Source: Vicugna vicugna (Eukaryota). From it: 64,000 nt of DNA. Position numbers and translations under genes: made by a program. Within the stretch, counting starts at the first letter, position 1. The number at the start of each line of letters is the position of its first letter. Below the pieces are notes generated by a model. It worked only from the letters and a program-made list of their open reading frames with translations. It was not told the origin of the DNA and ran no database searches. The stretch is taken from positions 1-64,000 of the forward strand of contig MU057936.1 in NCBI GenBank assembly GCA_013265495.1. The letters run 5' to 3'. Below, piece by piece: positions 1-12,095 of the stretch.

Positions 1-14
1 CTGTGAAGTAGCTG

Positions 15-155
15 TTCTTATTATCTCCATATTAATGGTTAGGAATCTGGGCCTAAGAGTGATGGAATAAGTTGTTCAAGATCACCCAATTTTAAAGTCA
101 AATTCAGATTTTAATATTAACCAACCTAACTCCAGAGTCTGAGCTCTCAACAGTG
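15..155 (-). mobile_element. MIR SINE fragment
   Basis: Degenerate match to the reverse-complemented MIR core (attatctccat...caagatcac...ctaactccagagtctgagctct). Confidence 0.55.
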
Positions 156-193
156 CACTTTTGTTGCTAATTGCTATTTCTCCAATATGTTGT

Positions 194-242
194 ACACACA
201 CACACACACATGCACGCACACACGCACGCATGCATACACACA
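194..242. repeat. (CA)n/(CG)-interrupted microsatellite
   Basis: acacacacacacacacatgcacgcacacacgcacgcatgcatacacacac. Confidence 0.9.
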
Positions 243-1059
243 CTAATGTATCTTAAATCAATACCATTGTGTGTGTGTTTATTTGGTGTGTTGACTTAAA
301 ATGTTACTAGTCGATAAATGAAAGCAACTATAAATTGCTCTGGGATGAAGATGGATACAGTGAGTGCATTTAAATCAAACAGCACAAAGAACCTTTTCCT
401 ACGGTTTTCGTTGCCTTTACTGGTCATATTTAAATTATTTTTAAGTATATTTAGAGCTCTACTTGAATCTTTTTCTCTAAAACATTTCCTTTTCCGTTGT
501 CAACTTTCTCCTTGGATTCTAATCATCTGTATCTCACAGTAGTGTCTGGAACACACGCATGAAAGATACGCTTGCCTGCAGTGCTGATTAGAGGTGTGCA
601 GCCTGTCTTGGCTGGGGAAGGGCAGTCAGCCGGGTAAGCACCTGCCGTTTACTGCTTCCTCTGTCTTCAGATGCAGGTCCCAGCAGTCGCCCATTTTCCT
701 CTGTTACATTTGCATACACAAACATACACATTTTCTCCAGATGTCTCAAGCTAATTTGCATCATGACTTTTCCAAACTGTTTCTTCTGCGTTAAAGTTAA
801 CTGGAGCAAAGGGATTCTGTAAGAATCCTTCCCATGTCTGATAAAATTTATGTTTAGGGCAACATATTTCAATTAAGATGCCTGGCAAAAGGAAGAAGGT
901 TGATAAACCCTAAACAGACCCATTAGTACCTAATACTAGTGACATATATGGGTCAAGCTTTTAGCAGTTTTAAAAATACTCAATTTAATTTCAAAGATGA
1001 ATGTCCAGTTTCTTACTCATCTTAACTGTGGATACATAAATAAAAACTTTGCTTTTTCT

Positions 1060-4000
1060 TAAAAAACATACTTTTGAAATCAATTTTAGATCCATAACAA
1101 TATGGAGCAGAAGATAGAGTTTTCCCATATACCTGGACCTCCATAAATGCAGAACCTCCCCATTGGCGTCATGCCCCAGCAGAGGGCTACATTTGTTATA
1201 ACTGATGAACCTACATTAACACATCATCACCCAGACTCCATAGTTCACATCAGAACTGACACTTCAGTTGTGCATTCTCTAGGTTGGGACAAATGAATCA
1301 TGAATCCACCATTACAGTAACATGCAGAGTAGTTTCACTACCCTAAAAACCCTCAGTGCTCTGCCTAGTCAATGTTTTCTCCCTCCTCAACCCTGCAACC
1401 ACTGATTATGTTACTTGTCTCCATAGCTGCGCCTTTTCTAGAATGCCATGTAGTTGGAAGCATGCAGTATGTAGCCTTTTCAGATTGACTTCTTTCACTT
1501 AGTAAATTGCACTTAAGGTTCTTCCCTGTCTTGCTGGCTTGATAACTCCTTTCTTTTTAGTGCCGAATCATATTCCGTCATCTGTATGCAGCACACTTTA
1601 TTTATCCACTCACCTACTGAAGGACATCTCGATTGTTTGCAAGTTTTGGTGATTATGAATAAAACTGTTGTCACCATCCATGTGCCGGTTTTTGTGTGGA
1701 TGAGATTTTCACTTCCTTTGGGTAAATATTAAGGAGTGCAATTGCTGGTTCGTATAATAAAAATATGTTTAGTTTTATAAGAAACTGCTAAACCGTCTTC
1801 CAAAGTGGCTGTACCATTCAGCATTCCCACTGGCAATGAATGAGAGTTACTCTTGTTCCGTATCCTCACAAGCATGTGGTGTTGTCAGTATTGAGGATTT
1901 TTGCCAGTCTAACAGATGTTCCGTGATATCTTGTTTCAATTTGGATTTCCCAAATGACATGAGATGAGGAACTTACACATACTCATTTTCCATTTGTGTA
2001 TTTTCTTTGTTAGGGTGTCTCTTATGGTCTTTGGCTGAAGTTTTAGTTGGTTGGTTGGTTTTGTTATTGTTGATATTTAAGAATTCTTTGTCTACTTGGG
2101 ATAACAGTGCTTTATTAGATGTATCTTTTGCAAATATTTTCTTCTAGTTTGTAGCTTGTCTTTTTATTCTCTTGACAGTGTCTTCCACAGAGCAAACTTT
2201 TTAAGTTTAATGAAATCCAGCTTATCAATACTTATGCCTTTGATGTTGTAACTAAAAAGTCATCACCATACTCAAGGCCATCTAGATTTTCTCCTATGTT
2301 ATCTTCTAGGAGTTTTATAGTTTGCACTTTACATTTAGGTTTATGATTTATTTTGAATTGATTTTTGTGAAGCATTTAAGCTCTGTGTCTGGATTCATTT
2401 TTTTTTTTGCACATGAATGTCTGATGGTTCCAGAACCGTTTGTTGAAAAGACTTTTTTTCCCATATTATTGCCTTTACACCTTTGTCAAAGATCAGTCAA
2501 CCATATTTGTGTGGATCTGTTTCTGGGTTCTCAGTTCTGTTCCATTGATCTATTTGTCTGTTCTTTTGCAAATACAACACTGTCTTAATTACTGTAGCTT
2601 TATAGTAAGTCTTGAAGTTGGGTAGTACCGGTTCATCGACTTTGTTCTCCTTCAGTGTTGTGTAAGAAGAGGCCCCAGAATATCCAATACATGTATGCTT
2701 TAGAATCAGTTTGTGTATATCCACCAAATAACTTGCTGTGATCTTGATTGGGATTGCACTGAATCTAAATCATTTTGTAGAGAACTGAAATCTTGTGTCT
2801 TCTTACCCATAAACACATAATATCTCTCCATTTATTTAGTTCTTCTTTGATTTCATTCATCAGAGGTTTATAGTTTTCAGTAGATCTAGTACATATTATG
2901 TTAGATTTAAACCTAAATATTTAATTTTTGGAGTGCTAATATCATATTTTTAATTTCAAATTCTACTTGTTAATTGTTAGCATATAGAAAAGCAGTTGGC
3001 TTTTGTATATTAACCTTGTATCTTGCACCCTTGCTAAAATTGCTTACTGGTTTCAGGATTTTTTTGGCAAATTCTTGTTTGATGTTTTCTATATAGACAA
3101 TCATGTTACCTGCAAAGAATGGTAGTATTATTTCTTCTTTCCCAATCTATATACGTTTTATGTCCATTCCTTGTTTTAATGGGTAGGACTTCCAGTACAA
3201 TGCTGAATAGCAGTGATGAGAGAGAACATCTTTGCCTTGTTCCTGATCTTAGTGGTAAAGCTTTAAGTTTCTCAACATAAGTATGATGGTAGCTGTAGGT
3301 GTTTTGTAGATATTCTTTATCCAGTTGAGTAACCTCCTCTGTTCCTGGTTTATTAAGAGTGTTTATCATGAATGGGTATTGAATTTTGTCCCATGATTTT
3401 TCTGCATCTGTTGATGTAATCATGTATTTTTTCTTCTTTAACCTGTTGATGTGATGGATTACATTAATTGATTTTCTAATGGTGAACCAGTCATGCTTTT
3501 CTGGAATAAATCCCACTTGGTTGTGATGTATAATTCTATGTATTGTTTGTTTTGCTAATATTTTGTTGAAGTTTTGCATTGATGTTCATGAGAGATACTG
3601 GTCTGTAGTTTTTTTCTTATAATCGCTTAGTCTGGTTTTGGTATTAGGATAATGCTTCACTATAGAATAATTTAGGAAGTATTCCTTCTGCTTTTATCTT
3701 CTGAAAGAGATTATGGAGAATTGGTATAATTTCTTCCTTTAATGTTTGACAGAATTCACCAATGAACCCATGTGGGTCTAGCACATTCTATTTTAAAAGG
3801 TTATTAAGTATTGATTCAATTTCTTTAATTGATAAAGGCATTCAGATTGTCTATTTTGTGTTTGTTTGCATTATGGCAGATTGTGTCTTTCAGGGAATTG
3901 GTCTGTTTCATCTAGGTTATCAGATTTGTGGGCATGGAGTTGTTTATAATGTTCCAATATTATCCTTTTAATGTCTTTGAGATCATTAGTGATGATTCCT

Positions 4001-5030
4001 CTTTCATTTCTGATATTGGTAATTTGTGTTCTTCCTCCCTCTTCCTCCATCTCCCTCTCCCTCTCCCTTTTTAAGTTAGCCTGACTACAGGCTTATCGAT
4101 TTTATTAGTCATTTCAAGGAGCTACAGATTGTTCATTATGTCTGTTGATCTTGTGTTTTCACTTTCATTGATTTCTGTTCTAATTTTTATTATTTTTTTT
4201 CCTCTGCTTAATTTAGATTTAATTTGCTGTTCTCTTTCTGATTTCTTAAGGTAGAAATTTAGGTTACTGATTTTTCATTTCTTCCTTTCTAATATATGCA
4301 TTCAGTGCTATAAATTTCCCACAAGCACTGCTCTCACTGCATCCCATACATTTAGATGAGTTATGTTTTCCTTTTCATCTAGTTCAGAATATTTTCTGAT
4401 TTCTCTTGAGATTTCTTCTTTGAGTCATGTGTTGTTTAGAAGTATGTTGTCTAATCTCCATTTATTTGGGATTTTCTAGCTACCTTTTATTGATTCTAGT
4501 TTAATTTCATTGTTGTTTGAAAGCAGGTGCTGTTTGATTTCCATTCTTTTATATTTTTTATGGTATGCCTTATGGCCCAGGATGTGGTCTAGTTTGGTGA
4601 ATATTTCCTGTGAGCTTGAGAAGGTGAATTCTGCTGTTGTTGGATGACGTAATCTGTTGATGTCCATTATGTCCAGTTGGTTGATAGTGTTTGTTGAGTT
4701 TAGTTATGTGCTTACTGTTTTTCTGCCTGCTGGATCTGTCCATTTCTGATGGAGGGGTATTGAAGTCTCCAATTATAATCATAGATTCATCTATTTCTTC
4801 TTGCATTTCTATCAGCTTTTACTTTCTATATGTTGATGCTGTGTGCTTAGGGCATTTACAGTAAGGATTGTTTTGTCTTCTTAGAGAATGGACCCCTTAA
4901 TCATTATCAGTGCCCCTCTTTAGGCCTGATAACTTACTTTGGTCTGAAGTTTGCTCTTTCTGAAATTAATACAGCTATTCCCACTTTGTTTTGATTAGTA
5001 TTTGCATGGTATATTTTTCTCCAGCCATTT
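1060..5030 (-). mobile_element. Ancient LINE-1 (L1MC-like): 3' UTR and decayed ORF2, part 1
   Basis: 3' UTR motifs (tgatgaacctacattaacacatcatcacccagactccatagt). Minus-strand ORF2 remnants: [41 protein letters not shown] (RT), IIGDFNTP (EN), [10 protein letters not shown]. Confidence 0.9.
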
Positions 5031-6620
5031 CTTTTTCTGCCCAGCTTTTATTAAGATATAATTAAAAATAAAAATATACAAACTGTATATTTAAGGTTTA
5101 TAGAGTGACATCAACAAGATGATGAAAGAGGAGATGCTCTGCTCACATTCTCCCACAGCGACAATAATTTGGCAGTGATCCATGGGCAAAAGTGCCTTGG
5201 AGAGGGATCCAGGTAGTTGTGAAAACTTTGTGGAGCCTGAGAGCAAGGAGGGCCATTTTGAGGAGGCAGGCCCACACTCAGGTGGCAGACTTGCTCACTG
5301 AGGTCCTGGCTACAGACCTGGAAACAGTCCTGTCCCCCTGTGGACTTGGGTGTAGCCCTGTTTGGCCTTGGCCCTGTCTCTAGCACACTCTGCTCAGGGA
5401 CTCAGGGGTCCTGCCTGTCTGTTCCTTAGGTAGAAGGCCCACAGACCTTGATACTGGCTGTGGAGGCTGAAGCAGCTGTGACCGGTCCTGGGCCCTCTCA
5501 GCTGCAGTGTGGGTGCTGTTCTGCCCACACAGGGGTGCAACGGGAGGCATCCCCTCCTGTGCCTCCAGAGGCAAGCCCACTGGCTTCAGTCTGGCTGCAG
5601 AGCCTGAAGTAGCCCTGTGACTTGGCTTCAGAAGTAACAGTGTGACCCGGCTCCAGCCCTTCTCAGCTGCCGCCTGGGAGCAGTCCTGCCCTCCAGGGTC
5701 CTTGTGGGAGAAAAGCTTCTCCGTGCCTCCAGAGGCGGGGAGGCCTACTTGGTCTAAGTACAGATCCTGAAGCACCCTGTGTTCTGGCTCCAACCCGACT
5801 GAGCAGTGGGTTGGGCCTGTCCCGCCCTCTCAGGAATCTGGTAGGAGGCATGTCTGTCTGTGCTCCTGGAGGCAGGCCTGCCTACCTCCATCGCAGCTGT
5901 GGACCCTAAAGCAGCCCTGTGATTCAGTTCCAACCCCTGTCCCTACCCAAGGACATGCTCAGTTACCTGGAGGAAGTCCTCCCAGGGAACCAGTGAGAAA
6001 CAAACTTATTCACTTGCCTGGGAACAGGCCTGCTGTGAACCCAACTGTGGACCCTAAAGTGGACAGTGTCCCACTGCCAGCACTACTGACCACAGTTCTG
6101 GAGGGAGAACTGCCTTCCCAGGGACCCAGACAAGATCCCCACCAGCCCAAGCCCCTAGTTACAGGCCCACCAACAGGGGATCCCACTGCAGACCCAGCAG
6201 GAACCATGTGCACCAGCTCCAGCCCCATTTGTGATCCTGGAGACAGTATCAGCAGCCCAGGACCCAGTGAGAGAAGGTCTTTACCTACTAGAACCAGTCT
6301 GTACAAACTGGAAGAGGTGATTGCACCTTCAGTTGCACAGACAACAGTGTAAGACTATACAGATCATGAAGAAACAGACAAACATGACTACAGTCAAGCT
6401 AATTAATGTGTCCATCATCTCATACAGTTACCATCTTGTGTGTGTGTGAGAGAGAACACCTGAGATCTACTTTCTCCGCAAATTCAAATATACAGTGCAG
6501 TGGTATTAACTATAGTTACTGTGCTCTACAGCAGGTCTCCAAAAGTTGTCATCCTGTATAACTAAAACTTTATACCCTTTGACCAGCAACTCTCCATTTC
6601 TCCCACTGCCAGACTCTAGC
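5031..6620. mobile_element. Composite L1 (L1MA-like) insertion: minus-strand 3' UTR (5031-~5105 and ~6388-6620) enclosing a plus-strand 5' UTR plus ORF1 start (~5102-6388)
   Basis: ttttattaagatataatt.. and tacagtcaagctaattaat.. match the 3' UTR also seen at 44868-45190. The internal GC-rich block starts agagtgacatcaacaagatg and ends atgaagaaacagacaaacatgac. Confidence 0.75.
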
Positions 6621-7445
6621 ATCCATTCATTTATTTTTATTCTATGTGTGTCTTTATATTTAAAGTGGGTTTCTCATAGCCAAAATATACTTGGGTCTTG
6701 TTTCTTGTTCTACTGTGGAAATCTCTGTCTTTTGATTGATACATTTAGACCACTGATGTTCAAAGAGGTTATTGATATAGTTGGGTTAATACCTGCCTTA
6801 TTTGTGACTGTTTTCTATCTGTTACCCTTTTTTCCTTGTTCCTGTTTTTGCCTCTACTCCTTTTCTGCCTTTGGTAGTTTTAATTGAGTTTTTTATGTGA
6901 TTCCGGTTTCTCTACTTTGTTAGCATATCAGTCATACTTCTTATATTACTTTTTCTGGTGGATGCCTTAGAATTTGAAGTATACATTTACAATTATTCCA
7001 CGTCCACTTTCAAATAATATTATACCACTTCACAGGTGGTAGGAGTACCTTATAAAAACAAAATAATCCTAATTCCTCCCTCCCATCCCTAGTATTGTTG
7101 CTGAGTCCGTTTCACTTATATAGAAAAATCCATACTCAGACACATTGTTGCTCTTGTTATTTTGAACCAATTGTTATCTGTTAGCTCAATTAAGAATAAG
7201 AAAAATGAGACTTTTTGTTTTACTTTCACTTACTCTTTCTCTGATGTTTTTCCTTTCTCTTTGTAGATCTGAGTTTCTGACCTTTATTATTCTTATTTTC
7301 CTTCCCTGTAAAGAACCTCTACTTCAACAGGTATTACAAGGCAGGTCTACAGGCAACAAACGACCTCAATTTTTGTTTGTCTGAGGAAGTCTATTTCTCC
7401 TTAATTTTTGAAGGATATTTTCTCAGGGTATGACATTCTAGGTTG
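6621..7445 (-). mobile_element. Ancient LINE-1 (L1MC-like), part 2: ORF2 start, inter-ORF region, ORF1 end
   Basis: Continues the element interrupted at ~5030 (tctttatatttaaagtgggtttctcatag...ttttgaaggatattttctcagggtatgacattctaggttg). Confidence 0.8.
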
Positions 7446-7849
7446 ATACATAGGAATGGGAGGGAGGAATTAGGATTATTTTGCTTAAACTGTTTAAAAA
7501 AAAAAGTTAAAACAGCCCAGCAGATGTGATTTATGTGTGAGTACAATCCCCTTTGTTAACAGTCTTATAAAGTGTTCTGATGGCCCCCAGTCTACTAATA
7601 AACAAGGACCATCAGCTTAACATGTGTCACATGACAGTGGGAAGTCACTGTGTAATACGCTAGATTTTCTAGCAAATAGCATTTCAGACAAAAAATAAAG
7701 CAGTAGTAGGGGATGTTTTACATTTTTGTTCAAGAAGTATGTATTAATATTTGTAATAAGCTAATCAGGCCTTTTGGAAAGATAGAGCCACAATAAACTA
7801 TGCATGCACTGAAACCACTTCCAAAACCATTGTAGTCAAGATATACCTT

Positions 7850-7961
7850 TAATGAAAAAGAATATGAAAATGAATATGTGTGTATATATGTATGCATGAT
7901 TGAGACATGCTGTACACCAGAAATCGGCACATTATAACTGACTACACTTCAATTAAAAAAA
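7850..7961 (+). mobile_element. Short L1 3'-end fragment
   Basis: gaaaaagaatatgaaaatgaatatg...tgctgtacaccagaaat...gactacacttcaattaaaaaaa. Confidence 0.8.
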
Positions 7962-9129
7962 GATACAGTTATATCTCTTCGGGGGAAGGTGCAGTCTTTA
8001 AACAATAAGGTAAAAAATTTTTTAATGGTATTAAAGGAAATTGATGTAGAATAGATCAAAACTGAGATGTTCAAGGAAAAGATGTGCAGCTTAAACTGCG
8101 GTTCAGAGTCCACTCACATCCAGGACCTCCAGCTCACCTGTGATACATGTGTCTCTTCTCAAATTAAATACCCCCCAAACAAAAACTATAAATAAAAAGC
8201 CGTCAAGATGGCTATTCCAGTAGCACGACAGTGAAATTTGATCTCTTCTAGCTGAAGTGTGTGCACTTTCAACTACACGAGCTATTTGAGGAAAGGCATT
8301 TTGAACTAGAGCAGTTTAAAACACCCTTGCCTTATACAATCCATTAGAGCTGAATTACACAGGCTTTCCATCATTTGATGACTGAGTTCTGTATGAGGAA
8401 ATGGCCGATGTCAAAAGAAGAGTGACAGGGACAGTTTCTATAACCTGTTTTAGGAGAAGAAACACGGTTGATACGAGTCTCCGAGAAGGCTTCCTCTGAC
8501 AAAGTGCAAATTGTCTCAAATTGGGGGTAAATAACCTACATATACAATGAGAAAGGAAAAGCAAATGGAAAATTATAGTCTTGGCACTTAACTGTATCCA
8601 AAAGAAAACACCAGTCTTTTTAGAAAGAGCTATTTTGTCAAGCAGTTCCTAGGGCTATAATTTTCTTCTCGTTTGTTGGCTACCTTTATCTAAGATCCTC
8701 TAGAAAATAAACTTAAGCAAATTTTAGAGAAAATTCCCTAGGTATTCGAAAGAAAAGAACTTCCTTCTCTTAAGTTCTCTGAAAACCTAATAGAATAATA
8801 CTAGGTTATCTGAATGATATTCGATTTGAATCTTTTCTGTCTTTATTAAAACCCTTTGTGGTATTTGCCATCACTCTGTAGGTCTGGTAATGTGAGGTTC
8901 ACACTTCAGAAATGGTTTTTTTTTACTTGCACATACAGTGTCTACAGTTCAAGGAGCTGAGTGGAATTAGTGCCTCAGTAAAGTAAGATTTCTCTAGATG
9001 TGAGAACAAAAAGCATCGACTGGAACATAATTCAGTCAATTACGTTTTCCTTTTAAATTAAACTACTTATGAAAATATTGAACACATATTGTCAATCTCT
9101 CCTGGGCTACCTTGGTATCTTTCATCAAT

Positions 9130-11498
9130 TCTGCCCCTCCTCCCACAGATGCACTGAAAGTTCACATGGAGCAGTTCCCTCTGAAAGAGATCCAGAAACT
9201 AGCTGAGTACTCCTACACACTGGGAACATGAGAAAACACCCACATTGAAAAGGGTAGGAAAGGCTGAGGCAAACTCTCACCGGAAGCCCTACCCCCTGCA
9301 CGTGCCGTATACTGAGGAGGGAACCCCCAACTCCCAGCTTCTCCCTGAGGAGCAAGGGGTTTAGACCCTGCCTCTAGCACTCCAGCTTTTGAGACTCCCG
9401 CCCAGAGGATGGGCCCTCAAAACACCCAGCTCTGAATGTGAATGGGGCTCGTGTCCACAGGATCCACAAGACTATTGCAAATAAAGAAGCAGTTCCTTTA
9501 TTTATATATATATATATATTTGTTTTGAAGTATAGTCAGTTTACGATGTGTCAATTTCTGGTGTACAGCACAGCTTTTCAGTCATACATGAATATGCATA
9601 TATTCGTTTTCATATCCTTTTTCACCATGTTACTACAAGGTATTAAATATAGTTCCCTGTGCTATACAGTATGAACTTGTTTATCTACTTGTATATATTA
9701 GTTAGTATCTGCAAATCTCGAACTCCCAATTTATCCCTTCCCACCCCCTTTCCCCCCTGGTAACCAGAAGTTTGTTTTCTATGTCTGTGAGTCTGCTTCT
9801 GTTTTGTAAGTAAGTTTGTCATTTTTCTTTTTTTAGATTCCACATATGAGTGATATCCTATGGTATTTTTCTTTCTCTTTCTGGCTTACTTCACTTAGAA
9901 TGACATTCTCCAGGTCCATCCATGTTGCTGCAAATGGCATTGTTTTATTATTTTTAATGGCTGAGTAGTATTCCATTACATAAATATACCACAGCTTCTT
10001 CATCCAGTCATCTGTCAGTGGACATTTAGGTTGTTTCTACGTCTTGGCTATTGTAAACAGTGCTGCTATGAACATTGGGGTGCATGTATCTTTTTGAATT
10101 AGGATTCCCTCTGGACAAATGCCCAGGAGTGGGATTGCCAATAGGCACATGAAAAAATGCTCAGTATCACTAATTATCAGAGAAATGCAAATAAAAACTA
10201 CAATGAGGTATCGCCTCACACCAGTCAGAATGGCCATCATTCAAAAGTCCACAAATGATAAATGCTGAAGAGGCTGTGGAGAAAAGCCTTCCTACACTAT
10301 AGTAGGAATGTAGTTTGGTGCAGCCGTTATGGAAAACAGTATAGCGATTCCTCAAAAGACTAAAAATAGACATACCATATGATCCAGCAATCCCACTACT
10401 GGGCATGTATCCAAAGAAGCAGTTCTTAATGATCAGGGGAGCACTCACCATGGTCTTCTGTCCAGGACACAGTGCAGAGGGAGCAGGCAAAAATGCCTGT
10501 TTCCCAGTCTTTCCCTGAAAGGGGTAAAAGCTGCTCCCTGAGTGTCATGCTTCTAAGTTAGCATGCATCTAGGGGCTAACCCAGAGACCAGGGAAGCCAG
10601 TGAACACCTCCCCTGCCTTCTCTCTCCAGCCCACTTCAGGTCACTGGTATCTCCCTGGAAGGAGCTTGTCCACATGTCTGTACCCTCACCTTTTGTGGCT
10701 GCTGCCCAAAGGATGAGTCCCTGGAACACTTGGCTCTGATAGCCAGTGTGACTTGCATTTAAGAGTCCCACAGAATGTAGCAAATAAGCAATTCTTAATG
10801 CATACAAGTGCTTCCCCCCATGGCTATGAACCTAGGCAGTGCTCGGAAGAAACAGGCAAAGATGCCCATATCCCAGTCTCTCCCTGGAAGAGTCTTAACT
10901 ACATACTTTCCCAGCTGCTGCCTGAGGGTCCAGCTTCTAATCATCCTGTATCTAGGTGTTATTCTTTCCTTTGAGACACTGACAGGCTTGGAACACCATC
11001 AGCTACAGGGAGCCACTAAGAACAAAGACGGTGGCTTAGACAATCACAAAGGTTTGAGAGAGAACTAGGAGCTCAAGCTGGGTTCATCTCCTACATAAAA
11101 CCGCACTGTCAAGACTGCTTTATCTAATGCACAGAAACCAACACAGAGACTGAAAATGAAGGGATTGAAAAAGATGCTCCATGCACATAGAAATCAAAAG
11201 AATGCAGAAGTAGCTAGCTATACCTATATCAAACATTATAGACTTTAAGCCTCAGCCTGTAACAAGAGACAAAGAAGGTCATTATATAATGATAAAGGGG
11301 TCAATTCATCAAGAGGATATAACATTTAAAAATATTTATGCACTGAACATAGAAGCAAATATATTAAGCAATTATTAACAGATCTGAAGGGAGAAATACA
11401 CAGCAATACAATGACAGAAGGGGAACTCAGTACCCTACATCCAACAATGAACAGATCATCCAAACAAAAGAATAAGATAAATCTACAGAAACAGATCT
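9130..11498 (+). mobile_element. Old L1 5' UTR, ORF1 start and ORF2-EN fragment; host of two later L1 insertions, continues at 19217
   Basis: GC-rich L1 5' UTR-like sequence. EN-domain-like DNA at 11150-11460 (aagagacaaagaaggtcattatataatgataaaggggtcaattcatcaagaggatataac). Confidence 0.75.
9496..10412 (-). mobile_element. 5'-truncated L1 with 5' inversion (twin priming), 13-bp TSD
   Basis: TSD aaagaagcagttc at 9483-9495 and 10413-10425. Minus-strand 3' end to ~10139, then an inverted ORF2-end segment at 10140-10412. Confidence 0.9.
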
Positions 11499-11954
11499 GT
11501 TTTTAATTGAGATATAGTTGATATTATATAAGTTAGAGGTATACAACATAATGAGTCACCATTTTTAAAGATTATACACCATTTATAATTATAATATGTT
11601 GGCAATATTCCCTATATTGGACAATATATTCTTATAGCTTATTTATTTTGTACAAAATAGTTTGTACCTCTTAATCCCCTACCCCTGTATTGCCCCTCCC
11701 TCTTGTCCCTCTCCCCACTGATAACCACTAGTTTGTTTTCTATTTATGTGAGTCTGTTTCTTTTTATTATATTCAGTAGTTTGTTTTATTTTTTAGATTC
11801 CACGTATCAGTGATATCATACAGTGTTTGTCTTTCTCTGTCCGACTTATTTCACTTAGCATAATACCCTCCAAGTCCAGCCATGTTGTTGCAAGTGGAAA
11901 AATTTCCTTTTTTTTTTTTATAGCTGAGGAGTAGTATTTATCCACTCATCTGTT

Positions 11955-12095
11955 TATTTTTCGGTTTTTATTGAAGTGTAGTCAGTTTACAATGTGTGCA
12001 TTTCTGGTGTACAGCATGGTGATTCAGTCATACATAATAAGTACATATATTCCTTTTCTTCTTTTTTTTCATTATAGGTTACTGTATGGTTCATA
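11955..12095 (-). mobile_element. Short L1 3'-end insertion nested in the 11499-19216 L1
   Basis: TSD cactcatctgtt (11943-11954) / cattcatctgtt (12096-12107); ttttattgaagtgtagtcagtttacaatg 3' end. Confidence 0.75.

Noticed and set aside
5111..6352. Pro/Gly-rich ORFs (also 18111-19200 and 36000-36520)
   Set aside because: GC-rich L1 5' UTR sequence is stop-poor; no recognisable protein.
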